From assembly GCA_048938025.1 (NCBI GenBank), contig JBHLMP010000013.1:12004-76003 (forward strand): 64,000 nucleotides of DNA. The letters run 5' to 3'. Position 1 is the first letter of the stretch. Each line of letters begins with the position of its first letter. The DNA comes from Promethearchaeota archaeon. Its GTDB lineage: Archaea > Asgardarchaeota > Lokiarchaeia > Sigyniarchaeales > SOKP01. This document shows, piece after piece, positions 1 through 10,062 of this stretch. The notes under the pieces are model-generated. The model did no database searches. It was not told the DNA's origin and saw only the letters and a list, made by a program, of their open reading frames with translations. The position numbers were made by a program, and so were the translations under genes.

Positions 1-316
1 TTATTAATAAAGGTTTAGTTATTGGAAAATCTAAGAAAAGCCTCAATTTTGAACGTTTATTCCTTAATTTCTTAAATTGGCTTTTCAATTTCTCTCTTCT
101 CTCCACTTGAGCATAACTTTCGAAAATTATTATTGTAGAAAAAAATAACGCAACAGTGATTCCTATAGGAATTAATATTACTACAAAATAATTGCCAATA
201 CCTAGCAGATATTGAGCTATAAAAATAAAAAATAATTGGAACATTCCGCACATACCTAACAGAAGTAGGGCAATTCCAAAAAATTCCTTTGATAACCAAC
301 GAATTCTAATCGGCAT
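1..316 (-). CDS. Hypothetical membrane protein, 3' end beyond the window (not in the supplied ORF track)
   Basis: ATG at 316 opens a frame with no stop down to position 1: MPIRIRWLSKEFFGIALLLLGMCGMFQLFFIFIAQYLLGIGNYFVVILIPIGITVALFFSTIIIFESYAQVERREKLK..., two hydrophobic helices followed by a basic stretch. Confidence 0.75.
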   Translation of the reverse strand, partial: MPIRIRWLSKEFFGIALLLLGMCGMFQLFFIFIAQYLLGIGNYFVVILIPIGITVALFFSTIIIFESYAQVERREKLKSQFKKLRNKRSKLRLFLDFPITKPLLI

Positions 317-347
317 TTTTTTTTTTACTTCATTTTTACTTTTTTAG

Positions 348-419
348 TGGGCCAAGGGAGGATTGAACTCCCGACCTTCCGCACGTCAAGCGGACGTCAT
401 ACCACTAGACCATTGGCCC
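348..419 (-). tRNA. tRNA-Val(GAC), intronless, CCA not encoded
   Basis: Reverse complement GGGCCAA TGGTCTAGTGGTATGAC G TCCGC TTGACGT GCGGA AGGTC GGGAG TTCAATC CTCCC TTGGCCC A folds as a cloverleaf with anticodon GAC. Confidence 0.95.
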
Positions 420-579
420 AATTTCGAATTATTGAAATTAATAATAAGTAATTTATATTACTAAAAAATAAATATTTTATTAAAATCATAAAGGTTTACT
501 AATATTTCTAAACACTAAGAGTTTCCTTACTTTTTCGTTATACTAATTAGTAATATTAAAAAAAAAATAAAAAATAATT

Positions 580-1800
580 TTATGGTTTCTTTTCTCGCAG
601 GGCTTTAATCATAGGTAAGTCCTTTCCGGAAAGGATCTCTAACATAGCACCCCCAGCAGTAGAAATAAAGGAAACCTCATCTGCTTTACCAGCCATAGAA
701 GCAGCAGCACCCATTTCTCCTCCTCCTATAATAGTAAGGGCATTATTTTTCTTTGTTGCCTTGACCATTGCATCTATCATTTCATTTGTAGCCTCCCTGA
801 ATACCTCTTTCTCAAAAATTCCAGGAGGACCATTTGCCACAATAGTTTTGCACTGCATTATGTAATCTTTGAATTTTTTTACGGTTTTAGGACCAATATC
901 TCCAGTAGTAGTATTATATTTCCCTGCTTCATCAACCTTAATTACCTTTCTTTTACCATTATCATCGATTATTAAGTCTTCAGGGAGAATAATCTTATGT
1001 TTATAACTTTCATAAGTTTCTTTAATCATATCTTTATTTTCCTCTAAATCCTTAACAATGATTTTACGGTTTGGTTCTCCCATATCTTTACCTAATGTTT
1101 CAAAGATCAGGATTGCTGTTAGACCGGAGCATAGAGCATAATCTAATTTATCATTGTCAAAATTATATTTCATTGCTTTAAATTTATCTATTGCTTTTGC
1201 GCCTCCAATGAGCATAGCCATCGGTCTGGCTGGTTCATCCATAATCTTCTTTAAGGTAAATAATTCTTGAGCAGTAATAGGGCCTGCTAACATTTTTGGC
1301 CATCCCACTATCGATACATGAGCTCTGTGAGCAGCACCAAAAGCATCAACGATTACATAATCTACTAATGGATACAAAGTTTTGATCATTTCTGTATTGG
1401 CAGCCTCTTCAAATGATTTATATTTTGCCATTTCTCCCTCCCACTTCCTAACATTATTTAAAACGAGAACTTCTCCAGGTTTAAGATCTTTAATTGCTTG
1501 AACTGCTTTCTCACCAAATATATCTTCCACAAATTTAACAGGACGTCCTAATTGCTTTTCAATTTCCTTAGCATGAATGTCTAAATTAGTAAAATCTTTT
1601 TCTCCTGGACGTGATTGATGTGCCATAATAATAACTGCACAATCTTTTAATTCATCTAAAGCAGGGATTAGAGCTCTAATTCTCGGTGAATCTCGTATCT
1701 CCATTTTTTCTATATCAATGTTGGAGTTGATATCAACACGCATTAATACTTTTTTACCTTTTAAATCTACATCCTTGTAAGATGTATAGTCAATCTTCAT
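580..1800 (-). CDS. pgk: Phosphoglycerate kinase (archaeal type)
   Basis: Motifs RVDINS, HQSRP, DAFGAAHRAH, GGAK, NGPPGIFE, GGGE, STAGGAMLE; 406 aa. Confidence 0.95.
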   Translation of the reverse strand: MKIDYTSYKDVDLKGKKVLMRVDINSNIDIEKMEIRDSPRIRALIPALDELKDCAVIIMAHQSRPGEKDFTNLDIHAKEIEKQLGRPVKFVEDIFGEKAVQAIKDLKPGEVLVLNNVRKWEGEMAKYKSFEEAANTEMIKTLYPLVDYVIVDAFGAAHRAHVSIVGWPKMLAGPITAQELFTLKKIMDEPARPMAMLIGGAKAIDKFKAMKYNFDNDKLDYALCSGLTAILIFETLGKDMGEPNRKIIVKDLEENKDMIKETYESYKHKIILPEDLIIDDNGKRKVIKVDEAGKYNTTTGDIGPKTVKKFKDYIMQCKTIVANGPPGIFEKEVFREATNEMIDAMVKATKKNNALTIIGGGEMGAAASMAGKADEVSFISTAGGAMLEILSGKDLPMIKALREKKP

Positions 1801-1914
1801 TTATCTCTTCACTTTAATCTAGGATTATATATTGATAGAATAGTAAATAATAATTATTTTGAATTGTTATTATCTTTTTTTAAATTTAAAAATTGAATCT
1901 AAAATAACACAATT

Positions 1915-2664
1915 TCATTCAATATCTTGCATTATGTAGAAAACGTATCCATAATATTCAGAATATTTTCTAAACATATCAATTTCTATTAATTCCTCAT
2001 CAAGTTGCTTTTCTACTTCTTCATTCCCTTGATATTTTTCCTTTAATTTATTAATTCTAACCTCAAGAGGGATATAATAATTCTCCCACCAACTAGTTTC
2101 TGGTAAAATAAAACATGAGATTAAACCATATCCATATTTCATAATCCTATCCTTATTTTCTTCAATTGTTTTTATATCAGGGTAAGCATCATTCCAGAAA
2201 TCTCTAATTTCAGCTGGGGGATTATTTTTTAACCATGAGGCTTCACTTACCACAATATAACCTTTTTTTTTCAAAAAAATATACCAATCTTTTAATGCTT
2301 TCTCAAATCCATATATATAAACTGCTCCTTCAGACCAGATTACATCAAATTGCTCTTTTTCAAAATTCATTTTAAACATAGACTTATTTATTGTATCAAT
2401 TTTATCTCGAACTCCAGCGTTTTGAGCACGCTTGTTTAACTCATCTAAAAATGGTTGATGTGTATCTATAGCGTAAATCTTCCCATCAATTAATTTCGAC
2501 AACTGTATTGTCTGCATTCCAGGTCCACATCCAATATCCAAAATAATTGGATTTGAAGGTAAACTTTCTAAAAATTTGAAAGCTTTTCGTGTCGATTCAT
2601 TATCCCCGGGAGCTTCTCTAGGTAAATTTTTATGTATTTCAAAAAAAATCTCCAATTTAAACAT
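1915..2664 (-). CDS. Class I SAM-dependent methyltransferase
   Basis: Motif I ILDIGCGPG; FDVIWSEGA post-II motif. Confidence 0.9.
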   Translation of the reverse strand: MFKLEIFFEIHKNLPREAPGDNESTRKAFKFLESLPSNPIILDIGCGPGMQTIQLSKLIDGKIYAIDTHQPFLDELNKRAQNAGVRDKIDTINKSMFKMNFEKEQFDVIWSEGAVYIYGFEKALKDWYIFLKKKGYIVVSEASWLKNNPPAEIRDFWNDAYPDIKTIEENKDRIMKYGYGLISCFILPETSWWENYYIPLEVRINKLKEKYQGNEEVEKQLDEELIEIDMFRKYSEYYGYVFYIMQDIE

Positions 2665-2819
2665 CTACTTTTTATCTATGAGTAATTTTACAAAATTAAA
2701 AAAAAGAATGATTTACAAATTGTTAAAGCACAAAATATAAGTAATTGTTTTGAATTTTATTAAACCATTAATATTTCAATTGGTTTAAATATAGAATTAT
2801 TTGATAATATGAAGAAAAA

Positions 2820-3599
2820 ATGGATAATCGAAGAAATATACTTAAACTTCTAACCGAAAAGAAAATAACTATTGAAGAAGCTGAGAAGTTTTTAAAAGCT
2901 AATGCTATTCTAGAAGTTGGTGATTTAGCTAAATTAGACATTTTTCGCAAAGTAAGAACAGGTGTCCCTGAAGTTATATATGCTCATAAAAAATCTAATG
3001 AAATGATTATAGGTATTATCAAACCATTTTTAGAGAGTAATCAATTTGCTATTATATCTCGCTATAATGAAAATCAAAAAGAATTTATACTAAAATACTT
3101 TGAAGATAACGAGGATATTGATATAGATATAAATGAATTGGGTAAAATAATAACTATTAGACAAAAACTTTTTGAGTTTGAGAAAAGAAATGGAATAATA
3201 GGGATCATAACTGCAGGTAGTTCTGACATTCCGGTAGCAGAGGAAGCAAAAGTAATCGCAGAAGCTATGGGCTGTAAAGTCTTAACTAGTTATGATGTGG
3301 GAATAGCAGGTATACATCGAATATTTTCACCATTAAGTGAAATGATTAAAAAAGAGGTAAATGTATTTATTGTATGCGCAGGTATGGAGGGTACTTTACC
3401 TGGTGTTGTTGCGGCTCTAACTGATATCCCAGTAATTGGGATTCCTGTTTCTAGTGGATATGGATTAGGAGAAAAGGGAATTGGAGCATTAACAACAATG
3501 CTACAATCATGTTCACCTGGGTTATTAATTGTAAATATAGATAATGGATTTGGTGCTGGCGCTTCAGCAGCAATTATAGCTAATAAAATAGCTGAATGA
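2820..3599 (+). CDS. larB: Nickel-pincer cofactor biosynthesis protein LarB (PurE-like)
   Basis: RTGVPEVIY, TAGSSDIPVAEEA, DVGIAGIHR, AGMEGTLPGVVA, TMLQSCSPG, VNIDNGFGAG. Confidence 0.93.
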   Translation: MDNRRNILKLLTEKKITIEEAEKFLKANAILEVGDLAKLDIFRKVRTGVPEVIYAHKKSNEMIIGIIKPFLESNQFAIISRYNENQKEFILKYFEDNEDIDIDINELGKIITIRQKLFEFEKRNGIIGIITAGSSDIPVAEEAKVIAEAMGCKVLTSYDVGIAGIHRIFSPLSEMIKKEVNVFIVCAGMEGTLPGVVAALTDIPVIGIPVSSGYGLGEKGIGALTTMLQSCSPGLLIVNIDNGFGAGASAAIIANKIAE

Positions 3600-3756
3600 T
3601 TTTAATTTATATTTAAGATGATAAAATATTCATAAGTCTGACTATACATTAAATAGCGAATATTATCATTTTAGTTTAAGCCAGTTAGAAAAATTATTTA
3701 AATATTCAAATTTAAATTTCTTTTAATAATTATAAAAAATACAAATTTTATGAAAA

Positions 3757-4431
3757 GTGAAATTTATGAACCCAACAGATGCTTCATTAGAAGCACTATC
3801 TAGACTTCGCGAATTAAATTCAGAATTAGGATGGTATGTTATTCCACTACTTGCTATAGTGTTATATATTTATGGTGTGGAAATTAAAGCAGCAAGAGAC
3901 ACAGGAAATTGGAGCACGATATTTGCTGGGTTAACTATATTAGGTCTAGATTTGATTAATGAAATCTGGAATGGACTTATTTTTGCCTTTACTAATTTCT
4001 CCGCTTTTTGGACTACACCTGGAGCGAGTGCATATATTATTTTAATTGGATGGAATATTGAAATTGCTTTTATGTTTTCTATTGCAGGTATAATATTTGC
4101 TAAGTTTTTACCAGATGAGAAAAACAAGAAAATACTTGGACTTCCTAATCGATGGGCTATGGCAATTGGTTTTACCATCTTTTGTGTTATTGTTGAAATT
4201 TTCCTGAATTGGGGTAATTATTTAGTTTGGGAATATCCTTGGTGGCATTGGTATAATCCAATTTTAATCTTTTTAATTGGATATTTTTATTTCTTTGTAG
4301 GGGCTTTTTATGTATATGATTTACCAGATAGAAAGAAAAAAGCTAGAGTAGTTGGAATAATCTATGCAATAGGTATTGTGCTATTATGCATTTTTTTACC
4401 ACTAGGTATCGCTGGAATAATCAAATTTTAA
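3757..4431 (+). CDS. Hypothetical multi-pass membrane protein (about 6 TM)
   Basis: Alternating hydrophobic segments with W-rich loops; true start may be ATG 3766. Confidence 0.7.
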   Translation: MKFMNPTDASLEALSRLRELNSELGWYVIPLLAIVLYIYGVEIKAARDTGNWSTIFAGLTILGLDLINEIWNGLIFAFTNFSAFWTTPGASAYIILIGWNIEIAFMFSIAGIIFAKFLPDEKNKKILGLPNRWAMAIGFTIFCVIVEIFLNWGNYLVWEYPWWHWYNPILIFLIGYFYFFVGAFYVYDLPDRKKKARVVGIIYAIGIVLLCIFLPLGIAGIIKF

Positions 4432-4704
4432 TATATTTATTCCTATTTTTTTTATTTTAGCTTAAATCATTTAATTAAACATATTTTTAATTAAATATCT
4501 AAATGTTTAATGAATTTTTTTGCTCCAAATAAAGGACTAGATTATTAAAAATTTTCTCTCTTTTTGATATCTTGCCCCTTATAGTTTAAGATAGATAACT
4601 ATATATATATAAATTAATATAATTATAATTGAACTTATTTTTGTAAATTTTAAAATATCAAATCTAACGAAAAACAATTCTAATGATAAGTAGTTGAGAC
4701 CCAA

Positions 4705-5247
4705 ATGGTCGCTTCTATAGATAGTAATGAACTTTTTGAAAGATCTAAAAAGTTTTTTGAAAATGGAGACATTGATAATACAATAGAAACCTATGAAAAA
4801 GCCATTCATAACATTGATCGCTCAAAACTAAAAAATAAACAAGATTATCTTCAATTTTTAGAAACTATTTTAAAACATTGTAAAGATAATGGTTTACAAG
4901 AACAAGAAGCCCTTGTTTTAAGAACTTTAGGTAGAACTCATTCGATTTTTAAACAATATCCTGAAAGTATGAAATACCATTACCAATCACTTAAAATTCA
5001 AAAAAAATTAGGAAAACAATTAGAAGTAGCTGAAGGATTAGTATTTCTTGCTGAGGACCTTGAGATTTCTGGAAACTTTGATAAAAGCATTGAAACTTTC
5101 CAAGAAGCATCAGAAGTATTTCAAAAATTAGGTAAATTGAGAAAAATAAAGGAAATAAAGAAAGAGATTTCCCGATTAGAAGCTTTTTCAAAAGACATGG
5201 TTGAAGACGAATATTTATTACATAAATTCAATATTGATAAATATTAG
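4705..5247 (+). CDS. Tetratricopeptide-repeat protein
   Basis: Helical repeats such as ALVLRTLGRTHSIFKQYPESMKYHYQSLKI and AEGLVFLAEDLEISGNFDKSIETFQEA. Confidence 0.8.
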   Translation: MVASIDSNELFERSKKFFENGDIDNTIETYEKAIHNIDRSKLKNKQDYLQFLETILKHCKDNGLQEQEALVLRTLGRTHSIFKQYPESMKYHYQSLKIQKKLGKQLEVAEGLVFLAEDLEISGNFDKSIETFQEASEVFQKLGKLRKIKEIKKEISRLEAFSKDMVEDEYLLHKFNIDKY

Positions 5248-5329
5248 ACACAAAAATAAACCTTAAATTAATTTTTAAACTCTATTTTTTTTACTTTTTT
5301 TTTCCAAATATATATTTTAATTTTTGGAT

Positions 5330-6628
5330 TTACTTATTATTTAAAATCTGTTTTACTTGCGATTTTGCAATAGTTTGTAGCTTTTTAACTGTTAACCCAG
5401 AGAGTTCACTAATCCTTTTTAGGTCTTCATATTCTGGTTTTATATTAACGATTTCTTTTCCCTTTGCTGATTCTATATATGAAATTTTAAAATTTAAATC
5501 AAAATTTTTTCCATTAATTTCAATCATTTGTTTTTCTATCTTTCTATCAATGCAAACACGTTTTATAGTAGTGAACCTTACACCTAAAGTACCCAATTCT
5601 TTTATAATTTTTTCAATTATCTCGAATTTATATTTTGGATAACATAAAATTCTGATTATATGACTGGGTCTATTTTTCTTTGTTATACTAGGTGAAATTT
5701 GCAAATCTAGGATTTTTTCTTTCTGGAAATTATTTATAAAATTACCAAGTACTTCACCAGACACGTCATCAACATCTGTTTCTAATACAGTTATTTGTTC
5801 AATATATTTATCAAATATATGCGATTCAGCTGATGTTCCTAATTCCTTACGTTCACCATAGAATAAACGTAGAATATTTAAGAAATTCTTAAAATTTTTT
5901 TGACCTGTACTATAAATTAACTTTATTAACTTCATTTCGGGGGGAAATCCTAAGAATTTTGGATTTAAATTTACTATTAACGCAGCTCCCGTAGGAGTCA
6001 CTAACTCAGAATCAATTGGCCCTCCACGGATTATTAGATTAGATTTTTCTAAAATTTTTGCTGTTGCTGGAGCAGGAATGGGTAATAAACCATGTGCAGT
6101 ATTAATTGTACCACTTCCTAAAGGTATTTCACTACAAAATACCTTGAAATTTTCATCAAAGCCATCTATTTTATCTAAGACAATAGCAACTCCTAAAATA
6201 TCAATCAGGGTATCTACAGAACTTAATTCATGTAAATGGATATTTTCATTTACTTCACTATGAACTTCTCCTTCTGCCTGAATCAATGAATTAAGAACTT
6301 TATTAGCATAATTCTTAGCGGAATCAGTGACTTTTTGACTAGTTAAAAATTCATTCAAAGCATTCTGTAAGGTTTTAGCCGTTCTCCGATCTTTAGTTTC
6401 TTTTATATCAATTTTTAATTGATTTAATTGAATTCCGGAACGTTTGGGAGTTTCTAACCTAAAATCTAATTTTAATACACCAGATAAGTGCTTTTTTAGT
6501 TCTTTTAAATCATTTAATATAACAATTGGGTCTGGAACTAATCCTAAAAGAGAAGCAAGAAGCATATCTCCTGATATTCCGGAGTTAGTCATGTCAATAT
6601 ATAAAAATTTCATTTTAACCTTAATCAC
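5330..6628 (-). CDS. larC: Nickel insertase LarC
   Basis: SGISGDMLLASL, AEGEVH, HLHELSSVDTLIDI, HGLLPIPAPAT, ELVTPTGAA, LETDVDDVSGE, KPEYED. Confidence 0.93.
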   Translation of the reverse strand: MIKVKMKFLYIDMTNSGISGDMLLASLLGLVPDPIVILNDLKELKKHLSGVLKLDFRLETPKRSGIQLNQLKIDIKETKDRRTAKTLQNALNEFLTSQKVTDSAKNYANKVLNSLIQAEGEVHSEVNENIHLHELSSVDTLIDILGVAIVLDKIDGFDENFKVFCSEIPLGSGTINTAHGLLPIPAPATAKILEKSNLIIRGGPIDSELVTPTGAALIVNLNPKFLGFPPEMKLIKLIYSTGQKNFKNFLNILRLFYGERKELGTSAESHIFDKYIEQITVLETDVDDVSGEVLGNFINNFQKEKILDLQISPSITKKNRPSHIIRILCYPKYKFEIIEKIIKELGTLGVRFTTIKRVCIDRKIEKQMIEINGKNFDLNFKISYIESAKGKEIVNIKPEYEDLKRISELSGLTVKKLQTIAKSQVKQILNNK

Positions 6629-6746
6629 AATTTATTCTAATAATTGATGAAAAAAGTGATAACAATTTTATTATTAAATTATTTCATTATTAATAATATT
6701 AAGAGTAAATAAAATAAATTAACTGTTTTAAATTTAGGGCACAAAC

Positions 6747-7481
6747 ATGAGTGAGCTTCAAACTATAAAATGCTATTTAACTCAATTACCCGCAACTCTA
6801 TTAAAATTATTAAATATTGACCCTCCACTTGATACTATTCCAGAACCAATTGAATCTATTCTAAATATGTATCAAGGTATTGAACGAATAAGTATTAATT
6901 TGATTGATAATTTCGGCTTGTTTGAAATTACATACCTTAAACCTCAATTTATGATAGCAAATTCTGAAGTAATGTTATTATTAAGTACAAAAAATCCATA
7001 CACTTTAGGAGTACTGCATCAATTAGTATATGGTGGTTTTGAAATTGAGCCAAATGGGTTTCATCTATTAAAAGAGATTAATGCAGCTGGGAAAACCTCA
7101 TGTCTTATCGGGAGGAAAAAAGATTTAGAAAGATATGATGGTGGCACAAAATCTATTCCAAAAGATACAGACATGAGTACATGGGTGGAATCTGCAAAAG
7201 CTATTAATACACACGATCTTTCTTGGATGCATTATTTAGATTTTGAAAATCTACATAAACAGCAGCAGCAATTGAAGCAAAGAACACCTGAAGATTTGAT
7301 TGAAAAATTAATAAACAGAACGGATAAATGGATCCTGAGTAATTATAAACAACTTAGGCCAAATTCATTAATGATTATTATTGGAGATCATGGACGGGTA
7401 AAACTTGATTTGGAGTATAGCGGAAAAATCGCACAATGGAGAGAAGCGAGTGTACCAATTGCTATTTTAATCAAAAAATAA
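6747..7481 (+). CDS. Alkaline-phosphatase superfamily-like protein (compact, divergent)
   Basis: LIDNFG resembles the first metal-binding Asp strand; IIIGDHG resembles the DHG motif. Confidence 0.55.
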   Translation: MSELQTIKCYLTQLPATLLKLLNIDPPLDTIPEPIESILNMYQGIERISINLIDNFGLFEITYLKPQFMIANSEVMLLLSTKNPYTLGVLHQLVYGGFEIEPNGFHLLKEINAAGKTSCLIGRKKDLERYDGGTKSIPKDTDMSTWVESAKAINTHDLSWMHYLDFENLHKQQQQLKQRTPEDLIEKLINRTDKWILSNYKQLRPNSLMIIIGDHGRVKLDLEYSGKIAQWREASVPIAILIKK

Positions 7482-7517
7482 TTTTTTCTAGTATATTTTA
7501 ATAAATATGTAGTATGG

Positions 7518-8024
7518 GTGCTCAATATAGAAGAATATAAACGTTTTACGGTTTCTCTTCCTCAAGAGCTATATGAGAAATTTGAAGAATTTAGAGAAAA
7601 ATTGGGAATTTCAAGATCTGATGCTATTCGTAAAGCTATGCATACTTTTATGATAAGTGAAGAAAATATTCCTGTAAGCTCTGGAAATGTTGTTGGATGT
7701 ATAACTTTGATTATGACTCATGAACATTTTGATATAAGACATGAACATAAAAACAACTTTGATCATGATCATCATCATAACCATGAATATAGTTCTACCT
7801 CAATGTATGCTAATGTTCAACAAACTGATGAAATCCTAAAAACAGATATTCAACATCATTTTCATGATATTATTATCTCTACTATGCATGTCCATTTAGA
7901 ATTTGAAAAATGTTTAGAAATTATTGCAGTATCTGGTCCTTATAAACATGTAAAAAGATTAAAGGAGGATCTCCAAAGATTAAAAAGCGTTATTTCAGTT
8001 GGATTTTTTATTGTTGATAAATAA
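7518..8024 (+). CDS. nikR: Nickel-responsive RHH regulator NikR with His-rich insertion
   Basis: N-terminal RHH RFTVSLP...SRSDAIR; C-terminal QHHFHDIIISTMHVHLEFEKCLE carries the NikR Ni ligands. Confidence 0.9.
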   Translation: MLNIEEYKRFTVSLPQELYEKFEEFREKLGISRSDAIRKAMHTFMISEENIPVSSGNVVGCITLIMTHEHFDIRHEHKNNFDHDHHHNHEYSSTSMYANVQQTDEILKTDIQHHFHDIIISTMHVHLEFEKCLEIIAVSGPYKHVKRLKEDLQRLKSVISVGFFIVDK

Positions 8025-8111
8025 AATAGTCAAAATATCAAATAATAAAACTAAATACTTTTTTGATTTCAAAATCCATTGTTGTTAAAATTATATTTTT
8101 AAAAAATAGTA

Positions 8112-8192
8112 AAATAAGAATAAAAAATTCCTATTCTCTAAAAAGAGTATGAGGTATAAGGCGATTTGGTAAGGAATTTTTATTCTTTATTT
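8112..8192. repeat. Imperfect inverted repeat (about 21 bp arms) between convergent nikR and histone genes
   Basis: aaataagaataaaaaattcct (8112-8132) versus aggaatttttattctttattt (8172-8192). Confidence 0.6.
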
Positions 8193-8321
8193 ATAAATAG
8201 TTGTATAGGTTGTGTGTGTTATCTTTTTTAGTGGTGTTTTACAAATTTAATACTTGATACTGTAATAAATTAGTAATTTTTTCCACGTTTAATAATAAAA
8301 TAAAAAAAAGTAAAAATAATA

Positions 8322-8350
8322 AATAGATTAAAAAAAAAAATTAATCTATT
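8322..8350 (-). terminator. Putative hairpin/poly-U terminator of the histone gene
   Basis: Perfect 10-bp inverted repeat aatagattaa / ttaatctatt around an A-run (U-run on the - strand), 11 nt after the histone stop. Confidence 0.5.
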
Positions 8351-8361
8351 AAACCAACAAT

Positions 8362-8559
8362 TTATAAATCTTTTTCTTGGACCGTTTTTCTTCCATTAGC
8401 CTTTGCCCTTCTGATAGCATGATCTAAGACATCAGTGATTGCGTTATTAAGTGCAGGTCCATCAATCAAATCTCCACTGGTATTGCATCCTTTGGCTTTG
8501 ATATATTCTCTAACTTTTGATTTAACAAATAGGGCTTCTACGGCTGCTTTTTTAGCCAT
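8362..8559 (-). CDS. Short histone-fold protein (alpha3-truncated, Bd0055/face-to-face-like)
   Basis: LFVKSKVREYIK...NTSGDLID...AIRRAKANGRKTVQEKDL with RKTVxxxD motif; GGAGG SD upstream. Confidence 0.85.
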   Translation of the reverse strand: MAKKAAVEALFVKSKVREYIKAKGCNTSGDLIDGPALNNAITDVLDHAIRRAKANGRKTVQEKDL

Positions 8560-9007
8560 TTTTTATTCCTCCTATAATATGTTTTAAGAGTAATTTAAAT
8601 TTTTTTTAAATTTACATATTGATTTGTCTTCCTTATTTTTAAACTTATTGATGAAAGTATCATAGAATGTTAATAATAATGGTCTAAATGCATTTTTTGT
8701 CTTCTTTTAAAAATTTCAATAGTTAGTTCAGTTTTCGTCTAAATTTCTAAAATATTAAGATAATGGGGAAAATAACAATTAAATGTTTGATATATGATTT
8801 CATAATTATGAATTTTAATAAAATTTAATTTTAGGGGATTTTGAGAATATTTATAAAATATCATTTTTAGTATTCACTCGCTTGATTGATCTGTTTCTCA
8901 AAAACTTTATATAAAAAACAAATTACTTAACCCATTAGATGATTATCATCACTATAAATCTAAATTATAAATTAGGTTAAATGAAAAAGCCATAATTATG
9001 ATAAATC

Positions 9008-10000
9008 TTGAAGGATATAATTTTTTCCAGAGCACCAGTTCGAATTTGTGATATTGGTGGATGGACTGATACTTGGTTTTATCCAAGAGGGGCTGTTTTT
9101 AATTTTAGTATCGATTTATATAGTTATGTAAGAGTTGTGAGCAACAATTCAAATAAAATAAACATTATTTCAGAAGATCTCGAAGTAAGCACACAAATCG
9201 TAGATTATCATAAAATAGACTATAACGGAACTTTGGATTTATTAAAAGCTGCTGTTAAAAGAATGGAAATACAAACAGGAGTAGATATTTTTGTTAGAGC
9301 TGATGCACCTCCAGGATGTGGAACTGGAACCAGTGCAAGTATTGCTGTTGCTTTAATAGCTGCTTTAGCAAAACTTACAAACAAATCACTAACACCTAAT
9401 GAAATTGCCATTCTTGCTCATAAACTCGAAATAGAAGAATTAAAATTAGAGAGTGGTGTTCAAGATCAATATGCTGCTTCTTTTGGTGGAATAAATTTTA
9501 TGGAAATAGATTATCCTTCTGTAAAGCTTTCAAGAGTTCAAATTAACGATGAGAAAATTTGTAAATTAGAAAATCAGCTAATTTTAGTATATTTTGGTTC
9601 TAGAAGTTCTAATTTAATGCATAAAGCTGTTATTGGAGATTATGAAAAAGGTGATAATAACACAATCAACTCATTTAATACTATTAAAGAATGTGCTTAT
9701 GAAATGAAGACAGCCATTAAATCAGATAATCTTGAATATATGGGAGAAATTATGAACAGAAATTGGGAAGCCCAAAAAAGTCTACATGATTCAATGACTA
9801 ATCTAACTATAAATAAAGCTGAAAAACTAGCTAAAGAAAATGGAGCAATTGGATTTAAATTAAATGGTGCTGGTGGTGGTGGTTCAGCAACGATTCTAGC
9901 TAGGGTAGGATTTGAATATAGCATTAAGAAGAAATTGATTGAAAATGGTTTTAAATTATTACCAGTTAAATTAAATTTAAAAGGTGTACAAACTTGGTAA
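9008..10000 (+). CDS. GHMP-family sugar kinase (HddA-like)
   Basis: RAPVRICDIGGWTD, PPGCGTGTSAS, GVQDQYAASFGG, KLNGAGGGG. Confidence 0.88.
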   Translation: MKDIIFSRAPVRICDIGGWTDTWFYPRGAVFNFSIDLYSYVRVVSNNSNKINIISEDLEVSTQIVDYHKIDYNGTLDLLKAAVKRMEIQTGVDIFVRADAPPGCGTGTSASIAVALIAALAKLTNKSLTPNEIAILAHKLEIEELKLESGVQDQYAASFGGINFMEIDYPSVKLSRVQINDEKICKLENQLILVYFGSRSSNLMHKAVIGDYEKGDNNTINSFNTIKECAYEMKTAIKSDNLEYMGEIMNRNWEAQKSLHDSMTNLTINKAEKLAKENGAIGFKLNGAGGGGSATILARVGFEYSIKKKLIENGFKLLPVKLNLKGVQTW

Positions 10001-10062
10001 ATCTAAATTAAATTTAAATTGAAAACTTTGTGCTTTTTATACTTTATTCTTAAAAATCTTAT

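Noticed and set aside
72-299. 75-aa ORF from the track
   Set aside because: It overlaps, in another frame on the same strand, a better ORF (ATG 316, open to the window edge) with coherent membrane-protein features.
348-419. tRNA as the integration site of a mobile element
   Set aside because: No integrase or duplicated tRNA 3' end was seen in the window; sequence beyond position 1 cannot be assessed.
6629-6746. NikR operator between larC and the divergent gene
   Set aside because: Only weak AT-rich dyads are present, with no convincing symmetric site.
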